DNA from: an uncultured delta proteobacterium
GTDB taxonomy: Bacteria; Desulfobacterota; Binatia; Binatales; Binataceae
Reading direction: 5' to 3'
Assembly: GCA_963796565.1 (NCBI GenBank)
Contig: CAWCMA010000013.1
Location: forward strand, 80,493-144,492
Length of the DNA: 64,000 bases
The first letter of the stretch is position 1; every line of letters begins with the position of its first letter. Both the position numbers and the translations under genes were made by a program. The notes beneath the pieces are model-generated. The model searched no databases, had not been told where the DNA came from, and saw only the letters and a list, made by a program, of their open reading frames with translations. This document shows, piece after piece, positions 9,003-18,530 of the stretch.

Positions 9003-9524
9003 ATGGATGACATCGTCCGCATTTCCAGCAGTGCGCCCTGGGAACCGATCTTCGGGTACTCGCGCGCGGTCAGGGCGGGCGATTGGGTCGCGGTGTCCGG
9101 GAGTACCGGCCTCGACGAGCACGGGCAACTGGTCGGCCGTGGACAAATCTACGTACAGGCGCGGCAGGCGATCAGCAATATCGCGGCGGCGCTGGGGCGG
9201 CTGGGGCTTGGGCTGGAGCGGGTCGTGCGCACGCGGGTCTACGTGACTGAGCTCGACCGCTTCGGTGACGTCGCACGCGCGCATCAGGAGATGTTCGGTG
9301 CCGCGCCGCCGGCTTCGACCGTGGTCCAGATCACCCGGCTGGTGCATCCCGACATGCTGGTTGAAATCGAAGCCGACGCGTATGCGGGTCCGGCGGCTAC
9401 CACCGCGGCCGAACCTACGTCGGCGGCGGTCCGCGCAGTACCCGCATCGAAGGGCCGAGCGCCGCGCAAGGGCGCAAGCGCGCCCGCGGCGCATCCCCGG
9501 CGCAAGTCGGCGCGCCGCCGCTAG
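9003..9524 (+). CDS. ridA: RidA/YjgF/TdcF family reactive-intermediate deaminase with Ala/Arg-rich C-terminal tail
   Basis: The RidA core reads ...WVAVSGSTGLDEHGQLVGRGQIYVQARQAISNIAAALGRLGLGLERVVRTRVYVTELDRFGDVARAHQEMFG..PASTVVQITRL. SD aggagg lies 7 nt upstream. Confidence 0.8.
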   Translation: MDDIVRISSSAPWEPIFGYSRAVRAGDWVAVSGSTGLDEHGQLVGRGQIYVQARQAISNIAAALGRLGLGLERVVRTRVYVTELDRFGDVARAHQEMFGAAPPASTVVQITRLVHPDMLVEIEADAYAGPAATTAAEPTSAAVRAVPASKGRAPRKGASAPAAHPRRKSARRR

Positions 9525-9600
9525 CAGTTCTCTGGCGTGCGGCGGCCTCATCCGCTCACGTCGCGACGCGCACCACGCTCAGCGCGGCCAATCAAAATTG

Positions 9601-11103
9601 CTAGCGGCCCAGCACGACATGATGATGCGGCACGTTGCCGAGCGCCGAGGCGAATGCGTTGGCGGCGCTGGTGATGTAGGGCTGCGGGAAAAGTCCAATT
9701 ACGACGGTGCCGACCGCGGCGATCAGCAGCGCCGCGACGAGCGCGGGCCGCGTGCGCAACGCCACCGGCTCCACGCCGCCTTCGCGCGCGTAAATCGCGA
9801 TCAGCACCGACAGATAGTAATAGGCCGAAATCACGCTGTTGATGACGGCGATTATCGTCAGCCATAGCAGATGAGCGTCGAGTGCGGCGGAGAAGATGTA
9901 GAACTTGCCAAAGAAGCCGGCCAGCGGCGGCACTCCGGTCAGCGACAGCATGAACAGCGCCATCGCGGCCGCGAGCATCGGATGGCGCGTCGCGAGGCCG
10001 CGGTAATCCGCGATTTTGTCGTGGACCGCGCCGCGCCGCTCGAGCGCGACCACCACGGCGAAAGCGCCCAGGTTGGTAAAGGCGTAGCCGAGCAAATAGT
10101 AGAGGATCGCTCCGCCGGCGCGGGGCGAGGCGACCGCGGTCATCCCGACCAGGATGTAGCCGGCGTGCGCGATCGCCGAGTAGGCCAGCATCCGCTTGAT
10201 ATTGGTCTGCACCAGCGCGGCCAGGTTGCCCATCGACATGGTCAGCACGGCCATCACCCACAGCACCATCGTCCACTGCGGACCGAGCGGCGCGAGATGG
10301 ACCATGAAGATGCGCATGAAGCCGGCGAACGCCGCGATCTTGACCCCTACCGCCATGAACGCCGTGATCGGCGTGGGTGCGCCCTCGTAGGCATCGGGCG
10401 TCCACATATGGAAGGGCACGGCGGCGACCTTGAAGCCGAAGCCGATCAGCAGCAGGCCGACGCCGGAGAGCAGCAGCGCATTGTCGGTCGCCGGGCGCGA
10501 GAGCGCGGCTTCGATCGGCTCGAGCTTGACCGAGCCGGTAGCGCCATAGATCAGCGCGATACCATAGAGCAGAAAACCGGTGGAAAAGGCGCCGAGCAGG
10601 AAGTACTTGAGCGCGGCCTCGTTGGAGCGCGGGTCGCGGCGCAGGAAGCCAACCAGCGCATAGACCGCGATCGACATCGTCTCGAGGCCTAAAAAAATCA
10701 CGATCAGATCGTCGGCCGCCGCCATCAGCATCATGCCGAGCGCGGCGAACATCACCAGCGCATAATACTCGGCGCCGGCCAGTCCCTGGTCGGAGGCGTA
10801 CTCGACCGACATCAACGCGGTCATGGCGGCGGCGAACAGGACCAGCAATTCGAAATAAGCGCTGTAGCTGTCCACCGCGAGCGCGCCCGAGAAAGCCACC
10901 GAGGGGCGCCCGCCGAAGAGCAGCAGCGCCAGGATGGCGGCGAAGACGAAAAGCGCGATCGACAGGATGCCCAATCCGCCGCTATCTTCATCGTCGGTCT
11001 GCACGCCGACCAGCAGCACGCCCATCGCGCCCACCGCCACCACGATGAGCGGCAGGATGGGCACCCAGGCGAAGTTGATAACGCTCCAGTTGAATTGCGT
11101 CAT
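9601..11103 (-). CDS. nuoN: NADH-quinone oxidoreductase subunit N
   Basis: 500 aa polytopic antiporter-like subunit. It is last in the nuoL-M-N run, and a 4-nt overlap with nuoM suggests translational coupling. Confidence 0.9.
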   Translation of the reverse strand: MTQFNWSVINFAWVPILPLIVVAVGAMGVLLVGVQTDDEDSGGLGILSIALFVFAAILALLLFGGRPSVAFSGALAVDSYSAYFELLVLFAAAMTALMSVEYASDQGLAGAEYYALVMFAALGMMLMAAADDLIVIFLGLETMSIAVYALVGFLRRDPRSNEAALKYFLLGAFSTGFLLYGIALIYGATGSVKLEPIEAALSRPATDNALLLSGVGLLLIGFGFKVAAVPFHMWTPDAYEGAPTPITAFMAVGVKIAAFAGFMRIFMVHLAPLGPQWTMVLWVMAVLTMSMGNLAALVQTNIKRMLAYSAIAHAGYILVGMTAVASPRAGGAILYYLLGYAFTNLGAFAVVVALERRGAVHDKIADYRGLATRHPMLAAAMALFMLSLTGVPPLAGFFGKFYIFSAALDAHLLWLTIIAVINSVISAYYYLSVLIAIYAREGGVEPVALRTRPALVAALLIAAVGTVVIGLFPQPYITSAANAFASALGNVPHHHVVLGR

Positions 11104-12659
11104 TTGGCGGCCAAGGATGTGCGGTCGAGCAGCGCGGCGAGCGAGCGCGCGTCATGCTGGCGACGGTCGATCCGCGCCTGGGCGGCGTGGACGCGGCCCA
11201 GCAACGCACCCACCGACGGCTCCATCCGGCTCAGCAGCGGCCGCGGATAGAGTCCCATCAGGAGCATCAGCGCCACCAGCGGCGCCATCACCGCGATTTC
11301 GCGCGCGCTCAAGTCCGCGATAGTTTTGTTGACGGCCTTGGTTATCGGGCCGAACATCACGCGCTCGTAGGCGTAGAGCATGTAAAGTGCGCCGAGAATG
11401 AGACCAACGACAGCGATTTCGGCGGCCAGCGATTTGCTGAGATAGGTGCCGAGCAGGATCAGGAACTCGCCGACGAAGCCATTGAGCCCGGGCAACCCGA
11501 TCGACGAGAGCATCACCACCATGAAGACCGCGGCAAAAACGGGTACGCTGCGCCAGAGCCCGCCGAACTCGGAAATTTCGCGAGTATGACGACGCAAGTA
11601 CATCATCCCGATCAGCAAAAACAGCCCGCCGGTGGAAATTCCGTGGTTCAACATCTGATAGATCGCACCCTCCATCCCCTGCGGATCGAGCGCGAAGATG
11701 CCGAGCATCACGAAGCCCAGGTGACTAACCGAGGAGTAAGCGACGAGGCGCTTTAAGTCCGGCTGCACCATCGCGACCAGCGCGCCGTAGATGATTCCGA
11801 CCACCGCCAGCGCGAGGAACAGCGGCGCCGCCTCGATCGCGATCTCCGGAAAGAGCGGGATCGCGAAACGCAGGAAGCCGTAGGTCCCCATCTTCAGCAT
11901 CACGCCGGCCAGGATGACCGAGCCCGCGGTGGGCGCCTCCGTATGCGCGTCGGGCAGCCAGGTATGCACCGGCCACATCGGAACCTTGATCGCAAAGGCC
12001 AGCGCGAAAGCCGCGAACAGCCAGGTGGCCTCGCGATGGGTCAGCGATACGCCATAGAGCGCCGGCAGATCGAAAGTCAGATGGCCCAGGTGCGCGCGCG
12101 CGGCGCTCACCAGATACAGGATCGCGACCAGCATCAGGATCGAGCCGAGCATCGTGTACAGGATGAACTTGAAGGCGGCGTAGTATTTGCGCCCGTGCCC
12201 CCAAATCCCGATCAGGAAGTACATCGGAATCAGCATCAGTTCCCAGAACACGTAGAACAGGAACAAATCGACCGCGAGCAGCGCGCCCAGCAGTCCCATC
12301 TCCAGCAGCAGCATGAAGAAGCAGAACTCGCGCGGCCGCGTCTGGATATCGCCGCCGCCCGAATAGAGCAGCGAGAGCGAGAACAACACCGTGGTCAGCA
12401 GCACCAGGAACAGGCTGATGCCGTCCATCCCGAGGTGATAGGAGATGCCGAACTGCGGAATCCACGCGTACTGCTCGACGAACTGGTAGTTGGCCTGGGC
12501 CGGGTCGAAGGCCGTGAAGAGATAGATCGAGATGGCGAGCGGGATGAGCGAGAAGATAAAGCCGGCGCGCCAGGTCGCGCGCTCCTCGGGCTGCGCCAGC
12601 ACGAACAGCGCGCCCAACAGCGGCGTGAAGACAACCGCGGTCAACCAGTAGCCGCCCAT
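11100..12659 (-). CDS. nuoM: NADH-quinone oxidoreductase subunit M
   Basis: 519 aa. The NuoM-type motifs WLPDAHTEAPTAGSVILAGVMLKMGTYGFLRF are present. Confidence 0.9.
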   Translation of the reverse strand: MGGYWLTAVVFTPLLGALFVLAQPEERATWRAGFIFSLIPLAISIYLFTAFDPAQANYQFVEQYAWIPQFGISYHLGMDGISLFLVLLTTVLFSLSLLYSGGGDIQTRPREFCFFMLLLEMGLLGALLAVDLFLFYVFWELMLIPMYFLIGIWGHGRKYYAAFKFILYTMLGSILMLVAILYLVSAARAHLGHLTFDLPALYGVSLTHREATWLFAAFALAFAIKVPMWPVHTWLPDAHTEAPTAGSVILAGVMLKMGTYGFLRFAIPLFPEIAIEAAPLFLALAVVGIIYGALVAMVQPDLKRLVAYSSVSHLGFVMLGIFALDPQGMEGAIYQMLNHGISTGGLFLLIGMMYLRRHTREISEFGGLWRSVPVFAAVFMVVMLSSIGLPGLNGFVGEFLILLGTYLSKSLAAEIAVVGLILGALYMLYAYERVMFGPITKAVNKTIADLSAREIAVMAPLVALMLLMGLYPRPLLSRMEPSVGALLGRVHAAQARIDRRQHDARSLAALLDRTSLAAK

Positions 12660-14581
12660 CAGCGCACCATCACCAGGTAAACGTAGTAGCCGACGATGCC
12701 CACCGCGCCCAGCAAGTAGACAAACGCATAGACCTGGACGTTGCCGGTCTCCGAGCGCCGCGCGATCTCGCCGGATTCCTCGACGCCGAGCCCCGTGCCG
12801 TCGACGATGCCGTCGATGAGGCCGTGGTCGACGCCGCGGTTCAGCACGTTTTCCGATCCCCAGAAGAGGAAACGCGCGAAGACCAGGTTGTAAAGTTCGT
12901 CCACGTAGTACTTGCGCACCAGCAACTGATAGAACGCGCTCGCGCCCGCGGCGATCCGTCCGGGCAACGCGGGCGCCTGGATATAGAGTATGTAGGCGAG
13001 GGCGAAACCGATGAACGTCGCCAGCATCGCGACTATCCCGATCGCGCCGGCACCGGCGCCGGGCGCGGCGTGCGTACGAAACGGCCCGAACACCGGCTCA
13101 AGGAAATGCGTGAACGCGCCGCCCCAGAGCCATCCGTCGGGCATCTCGATCCATCCGCCAACCACCGAGAGCACGCCCAGAATGATGAGCGGCACGGTCA
13201 TCACCGGCGGCGATTCATGCACGTGCTTGTCGGGCGCGACCCGCGAGGTTCCATGGAAGGTCAGGAACAGCAGCCGGAACATGTAGAACGCGGTGAGGCT
13301 GGCGGTAATGATGCCGATCAGCCATAGCCCCTGGTCGCCGGCGTCGAACGTGCGCTCCAGGATGAGGTCCTTGGAGAAGTAGCCCGAGAAACCGGGCACC
13401 GCGCTTATCGCTAGCGTCGCCGCGAGCATCGTGGCGTAGGTTATCGGCATCCGCCGCCACAGCGCGCCCATCCGGTTCATGTCCTGCTCGCCCTCGAGCG
13501 CGTGGATGATCGACCCGGCACACAGGAACAACAGGCCCTTGAAAAACGCGTGCGTCATCACGTGAAAGATTCCGGCCGCGAACGCACCGACGCCCACGCC
13601 CATGAACATGTAGCCGAGCTGGCTGATGGTCGAGTAGGCGAGCACGCGCTTGATGTCGCTCTGGACCACCGCGACGGTGGCGGCGAAGAACGCGGTCACG
13701 GTGCCGATTACCGCGACGACGTACATCGCGTCGGGCGTGAGCGTGTAGAGGAAATGCAGCCGCGCGATCATGTAGACGCCCGCGGTCACCATCGTGGCGG
13801 CGTGGATCAGGGCGCTGACCGGGGTCGGGCCGACCATCGCGTCGGGCAGCCATACGTAAAGCGGAATCTGCGCCGACTTGCCGGTCGCGCCGAGCAGCAG
13901 CAACAACCCGGCCATCGTCGCCACCGGCGCGAGCATCGCGCGATGAGCCTGCAACTCGGCGAAATTCAGCGTCCACACTCCATGCGCGGCTAGTGCGGAG
14001 AGTATCGTCAGGATGCCGAGGACGAAGCCCGCGTCGCCGACCCGGTTGACCACGAAGGCCTTGCGCCCGTTGTAGGCGAACTGCGCGTTGTCGTACCAGA
14101 ACGCGATCAAAAGGTAGGAGCAGAGGCCGACGCCCTCCCAACCGACGAACATCAGCAGCAGGTTGTCGGCCAGCACCAGCACCAGCATCGAAAGCGCAAA
14201 CAAGTTCATGTAGGCGAAGTAGCGCGCGTAGTCCTCGTCGTGAGCCATGTAGCCGACTGAGTACAGATGGATCACCGCGCCGACGCCGCTGACGATGAGC
14301 GTCATCACGGCCGAGAGCGCGTCGAAGCGCAGCGCGATTTCGGTATGGAACGGGCCCGCGGCGATCCACGGCCACAGCGTAACTTCGAGCGCGGCGCCCG
14401 ACGGCATCGCGAGCAGGCGCGTGAAGCCCCACAGCGTGATCGCAAAGGCGAGGAAAATCACTCCCGGGCCGACCAGGTTGACCGCGGCGCGGCCGGCGCG
14501 GCGGCCGCAAAAGACGTTGAACACGAAGCCCAGCGCCGGAAACAGCAGAATCAGTGCGAGCGCGGGAAATTGAGCCGTCAT
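12659..14581 (-). CDS. nuoL: NADH-quinone oxidoreductase subunit L
   Basis: 640 aa. The NuoL/ND5 motifs GWEGVGLCSYLLIAFWY and HAFFKGLLFLCAGSIIH are present, followed by the long C-terminal amphipathic arm. Confidence 0.9.
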   Translation of the reverse strand: MTAQFPALALILLFPALGFVFNVFCGRRAGRAAVNLVGPGVIFLAFAITLWGFTRLLAMPSGAALEVTLWPWIAAGPFHTEIALRFDALSAVMTLIVSGVGAVIHLYSVGYMAHDEDYARYFAYMNLFALSMLVLVLADNLLLMFVGWEGVGLCSYLLIAFWYDNAQFAYNGRKAFVVNRVGDAGFVLGILTILSALAAHGVWTLNFAELQAHRAMLAPVATMAGLLLLLGATGKSAQIPLYVWLPDAMVGPTPVSALIHAATMVTAGVYMIARLHFLYTLTPDAMYVVAVIGTVTAFFAATVAVVQSDIKRVLAYSTISQLGYMFMGVGVGAFAAGIFHVMTHAFFKGLLFLCAGSIIHALEGEQDMNRMGALWRRMPITYATMLAATLAISAVPGFSGYFSKDLILERTFDAGDQGLWLIGIITASLTAFYMFRLLFLTFHGTSRVAPDKHVHESPPVMTVPLIILGVLSVVGGWIEMPDGWLWGGAFTHFLEPVFGPFRTHAAPGAGAGAIGIVAMLATFIGFALAYILYIQAPALPGRIAAGASAFYQLLVRKYYVDELYNLVFARFLFWGSENVLNRGVDHGLIDGIVDGTGLGVEESGEIARRSETGNVQVYAFVYLLGAVGIVGYYVYLVMVR

Positions 14582-14600
14582 GGATTTAAAGTCGCTCCGT

Positions 14601-14903
14601 TCACCAGCGCATCAGGTTGAGCTCGTCCGCGTTGACGGTTTCGCGGTTGCGGAAGACCGAGATGATGATCGCAAGACCGACCGCGGCCTCTGCCGCCGCC
14701 ACCGTCATCACGAAAAACACGATCACCTGCCCGTCCATCGAACCCAGCCGCCGGCCCAGCGCGACGAAGGCCAGGTTGACCGCGTTGAGCATGACTTCGA
14801 TCGACATGAAAATGACGATAATGTTGCGGCGCAACAGCACGCCGGCGACGCCGATCGCGAACAGCACGGCGCTCAGCCCCACGAAGTAGCTCATCGGAAC
14901 CAT
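14601..14903 (-). CDS. nuoK: NADH-quinone oxidoreductase subunit K
   Basis: The listed ORF (14601..15137) carries an Arg-rich 5' extension. The NuoK-like part starts at internal ATG 14903 ([50 protein letters not shown]..., 100 aa). Confidence 0.85.
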   Translation of the reverse strand: MVPMSYFVGLSAVLFAIGVAGVLLRRNIIVIFMSIEVMLNAVNLAFVALGRRLGSMDGQVIVFFVMTVAAAEAAVGLAIIISVFRNRETVNADELNLMRW

Positions 14904-14905
14904 CG

Positions 14906-15463
14906 TCAGGCGACCTCCGATCTGGGGGGTGAGGCGGCGGGCTGTGCTCCAGCGGCCTGAGACGATGGTGCGCGGCGGGCGAGCGCTATCGCACCGACGA
15001 TCGCGGCCAGCAGCAGGACCGAAGTTACCTCGAACGCGACCAGGTAGTCGGAAAAGAGCGTCGTGGCGAGCGACGCGATCGATCCATAGTCCGCCGGCGC
15101 CACCGCCTGGGCGCCGCCCGCGCTGGGCGCATGCCATAGGACCACGAACAACTCGGCCACCAGCGCCGCGCTCAGCAGCCCCGCGACCGCCTTGAGCGCG
15201 AGATAGCCGGGCGCGCTGCGCAACTCGGCCTGGAGGTTGAGCAGCCAGATCACGAACAGGAACAGGACCATGATCGCGCCGGCGTATACGATCGCTTGCA
15301 GAAAACCTACCGTCACCGCGTCAAGCCCGATGAAAAGCACCGCGATCGTCAGCAGCGTCACCACCAGCGCGAGCAGGCAATGCACAGGGTTGCGCTGCGC
15401 CACCGTGCCGAGCGCCGAGATCACGGCGAGCGCGGCGAGGAAGATGAACACGCCAAGCGACAT
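14906..15463 (-). CDS. nuoJ: NADH-quinone oxidoreductase subunit J
   Basis: 185 aa hydrophobic protein in the NuoJ position. Confidence 0.85.
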   Translation of the reverse strand: MSLGVFIFLAALAVISALGTVAQRNPVHCLLALVVTLLTIAVLFIGLDAVTVGFLQAIVYAGAIMVLFLFVIWLLNLQAELRSAPGYLALKAVAGLLSAALVAELFVVLWHAPSAGGAQAVAPADYGSIASLATTLFSDYLVAFEVTSVLLLAAIVGAIALARRAPSSQAAGAQPAASPPRSEVA

Positions 15464-15464
15464 C

Positions 15465-16589
15465 TCAGTGCGCTCCCGAGGTCAGCACCACGACCACCGC
15501 GGTAACGACGACATTGGCCAGGCCGAGCGGCACCAGCCCCTTCCATCCCAGCCGCATCAACTGGTCGTAGCGAAAGCGCGGCAGCGTCCAGCGAATCAGA
15601 ATCTGCAGCCAGCAGAACAGGATAGTCTTGATCATGAAGGCGACCACGCCAAGGATCGCGACCAGCAGTTGCGGCAGCCCGAGATGCGCGCCGCCGGGAA
15701 AATGAAAGCCGTCGCGATAGAGCCACGGCACCTGCCATCCGCCAAAGAAGAATACCGTGATCAGCACCGCGACCAGCACAATTTCGGCAAAGTCAGTCAT
15801 CATGAAGACCGCCTGCTTGCCGCCCGAATACTCGGTGAAGTAACCCGCCACCAACTCGGACTCGCCCTCGGGCAAATCGAACGGCACGCGCTTGGACTCC
15901 GCCATCCCGGCCGTAAGCAGTATAAGAAAAGCCACCGGCTGCAGGCAGATTCCCCAGCGCGGCAAAAATCCGAACCACACCCCGCCCTGCGCATGGCACA
16001 TGGTCTGCAAGTCGAGCGTGCCGTAGGTCATCACCATCGCGATGATCGCGAGGCCCAGGCCTATTTCGTAGGAAATCATCTGCGCCGTGGCGCGGATGCC
16101 GCCGAGCAGCGCCCAGCGATTGTTGGAGGCCCAGCCACCGAGCGCGACCCCGTAAACGCCGATTCCGATCGTCGCCAGGACGTAGAGTGCGGCGGAGCTG
16201 ATATTGGCCGCCTGGAGCGTGATGGTGCGCGAGCCGATTTGCACCACGTCGCCGAACGGCACCACCGCAAAGGTGATTATCACCGGAAACAGCGCGAGGA
16301 ACGGCGCGAGGCCGTGGAGGAATTTGTCCGCGCCGTCGGGCACGAAGTCTTCCTTGGTGAAAAGCTTCAGCGGGTCGGCGATCAGCGTGTTGACCAGGCC
16401 CAGGTTCGGCAGGCCGATGCGCTTGCCGAGCCCGGTGATTGACGCGCGGTTGGCGCCGATACGGTCCTGGATGAGCGCGCTCCCCTTGCGCTCGAACCAC
16501 AGCAGGACCCCCGCCAGATTGAGGACCATCGCCACCACGACGATCGCCTTGATGGCTTCGATTAGGAGATCAATCAGCACGGCCGGCAA
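15465..16589 (-). CDS. nuoH: NADH-quinone oxidoreductase subunit H
   Basis: 374 aa. The NuoH/ND1 motifs ERKGSALIQDRIGANR and GLVNTLIADPLKLFTKED are present. Its stop is separated from the nuoJ start by 1 nt. Confidence 0.9.
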   Translation of the reverse strand: MPAVLIDLLIEAIKAIVVVAMVLNLAGVLLWFERKGSALIQDRIGANRASITGLGKRIGLPNLGLVNTLIADPLKLFTKEDFVPDGADKFLHGLAPFLALFPVIITFAVVPFGDVVQIGSRTITLQAANISSAALYVLATIGIGVYGVALGGWASNNRWALLGGIRATAQMISYEIGLGLAIIAMVMTYGTLDLQTMCHAQGGVWFGFLPRWGICLQPVAFLILLTAGMAESKRVPFDLPEGESELVAGYFTEYSGGKQAVFMMTDFAEIVLVAVLITVFFFGGWQVPWLYRDGFHFPGGAHLGLPQLLVAILGVVAFMIKTILFCWLQILIRWTLPRFRYDQLMRLGWKGLVPLGLANVVVTAVVVVLTSGAH

Positions 16590-17079
16590 GCTCGTCGATA
16601 AGTCGGGCGGTGGAAGCCTCGGTCAGGTTTTCGTAGTAGCGCTCGTGGTTGAGCTGGAGCACCGGGGCGGTGGCGCACGAAGCCAGGCATTCGACGAGGC
16701 CCAGCGTGAATTTGCCGTCGGCAGTGGTCTGGCCGGGCGCGATGGCGAGCTTGCGCCCGATACAGTTCGCGATCCGCTCGGCGCCGCGCAGCCGGCACGA
16801 CAGGTTCGCGCAGACCTCCAGATGCCAGCGCCCGACCGGCGCGCGATGGAACATCGAGTAGAAGCTGACCACGGCGTGCACGTGCGCGGGCGGCAACTCC
16901 ATCAGGCCGGCGACGTATTCCTCGGCGGCGAGCGAAATCCAGCCGAACTCGCGCTGGGCGATCCATAACGTGGGCAACAGCGCCGCCTGACGCGTCGGAT
17001 AACGCCCGAGCAGCGCTTGGTATTCGTCAAGCGCGGCGGGAGAAAAACGGACTTCAAAGCTGGTCGCGGCTGACTGCAC
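16570..17079 (-). CDS. nuoE: NADH-quinone oxidoreductase subunit E (24 kDa, thioredoxin-like [2Fe-2S])
   Basis: 169 aa. The NuoE cysteine pattern CANLSCRLRG...(CLASCATAPV) is present. It overlaps the nuoH start by 20 nt. Confidence 0.8.
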   Translation of the reverse strand: MQSAATSFEVRFSPAALDEYQALLGRYPTRQAALLPTLWIAQREFGWISLAAEEYVAGLMELPPAHVHAVVSFYSMFHRAPVGRWHLEVCANLSCRLRGAERIANCIGRKLAIAPGQTTADGKFTLGLVECLASCATAPVLQLNHERYYENLTEASTARLIDELAGRAD

Positions 17080-17353
17080 TATAACCTGACCTTCAACCGG
17101 AAAATTTTCCGAGTTCAGAAAGCTAATGGCCGATCCAGAAATCCTAAAATAGGTAACTCAAATCGCTGGCCTGCGCTAGAGCGCCGCGGCCGCCGAAGCA
17201 ACGCGCGCAAACTTGCGGCAAACCGGCGACTGGGCTATGGTCCGCCGGTCGGCTCGGGGACGCCGAAATTTAATTGCTGCCACACCAATTCGTCATACGA
17301 GTTGTTACCACCGGCGTCCAAGCGCACGCCGGCGGCGACGGAGCGTGCGCGCG

Positions 17354-17917
17354 ATGAGAGTTATCGCAGGCGAAGCCCATGGACGGCGGCTGCGCGCGCC
17401 GCGCGGGTTGATGACGCGGCCGGCGACGGCACGCGTGCGCGCGTCGATTTTCTCGCGCCTGGCGGCGCGCACCGACCTTAACGGGGCGCGCGTGCTCGAT
17501 CTCTTCGCCGGCAGCGGCTCGTTGGGGCTGGAGGCGCTCTCGCGCGGCGCCTTGCGGGCGGTCTTCGTCGATTCCTCGCGCGCGGCGGCAACGGTGATTC
17601 GCGACAACCTGCGCGTGCTCGGCCTGGAAGCGCGGGCCGAGTTGATAGTCACCGGCGTGGAGCGCGCAATCGCGATGCTCCGCGCGCGTGGCGAGCGCTT
17701 CGACCTGGTGTTCGTCGACGCGCCCTATCGCGACGATATCAGCGCCGCGGTGCTCACGGCGCTGGTGTCTGACGGATTGCTTGGCGCGGACGCTTACGTA
17801 GTCGTGCGGCAGGCCGGTCGCGCGCCGGAGATTTCACCGACGGGACTCGAGGCGATCAATCGTGCAACCCTGGGCGATCATCGGATAGCCCTTTACCGCG
17901 CGCCGGCGGCGCGCTAG
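17354..17917 (+). CDS. rsmD: 16S rRNA (guanine966-N2)-methyltransferase RsmD
   Basis: The real start is probably the internal ATG at 17354 (MRVIAGEAHGRRLRAP...TRPATARVRASIFSRL...VLDLFAGSGSLGLEALSRGA..VFVD). The N-terminal 47 aa of the listed ORF are Arg-rich and implausible. It is followed by coaD, the conserved pairing. Confidence 0.8.
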   Translation: MRVIAGEAHGRRLRAPRGLMTRPATARVRASIFSRLAARTDLNGARVLDLFAGSGSLGLEALSRGALRAVFVDSSRAAATVIRDNLRVLGLEARAELIVTGVERAIAMLRARGERFDLVFVDAPYRDDISAAVLTALVSDGLLGADAYVVVRQAGRAPEISPTGLEAINRATLGDHRIALYRAPAAR

Positions 17918-17935
17918 TTCAAGCAGCGGCGTGCC

Positions 17936-18451
17936 ATGGTGAACAAAGGCAAGGATTCGGTACCCAGGTGCGCGATCTACCCGGGAACGTTCGACCCGAT
18001 CCACAACGGGCACATCGACGTCATCCGGCGCAGCGTCGCGATCTTCGAGGAAGTGATCGTCGCGGTGGCCTACAATCCGCACAAGGACCCCGCGCTGTTC
18101 TCGCCCGACGAGCGGGTCGAGATGATCCGCGAGACCATCCGCGACCTCGAGCCGCGGGCGCGGGTCGACAAATTCAGCGGGCTCTCGGTCGACTACGCCC
18201 AGCGCATCGGCGCGCACATCATCATCCGCAGCCTGCGCGCCGTGACCGATTTCGACTACGAGCTGCAGATGGCGCACATGAACAACCAGATGTGGCCGCA
18301 GGTCGAGACCGTGTTCCTGTTCGCCAATCCGAAGCTGTTCTTCTCGGCCTCGCGGCTGATCAAGGAAGTCGCCAGCTACGGCAAGCGGCTGCCCGAGCTG
18401 GTGCCCGAGATGGTGATGAACCGGCTGCGCGCCAAGCTCAAAATCGACTGA
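17936..18451 (+). CDS. coaD: Phosphopantetheine adenylyltransferase
   Basis: AIYPGTFDPIHNGHIDVIRR matches the cytidylyltransferase HxGH motif. 171 aa. Confidence 0.9.
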   Translation: MVNKGKDSVPRCAIYPGTFDPIHNGHIDVIRRSVAIFEEVIVAVAYNPHKDPALFSPDERVEMIRETIRDLEPRARVDKFSGLSVDYAQRIGAHIIIRSLRAVTDFDYELQMAHMNNQMWPQVETVFLFANPKLFFSASRLIKEVASYGKRLPELVPEMVMNRLRAKLKID

Positions 18452-18530
18452 GCCGGTCCGGTCTGCTAGGCTTGGCAGTCTCGCCGCGCCGCCCGGACGG
18501 CGCGGCAATTTCATCGGCCAGGAATGGGAG

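Noticed and set aside
17213-17353. N-terminal 47 codons of the listed rsmD ORF
   Set aside because: Arg-rich (RRSARGRRNLI...SARRRRRSVRA). The conserved RsmD sequence begins at the internal ATG 17354.
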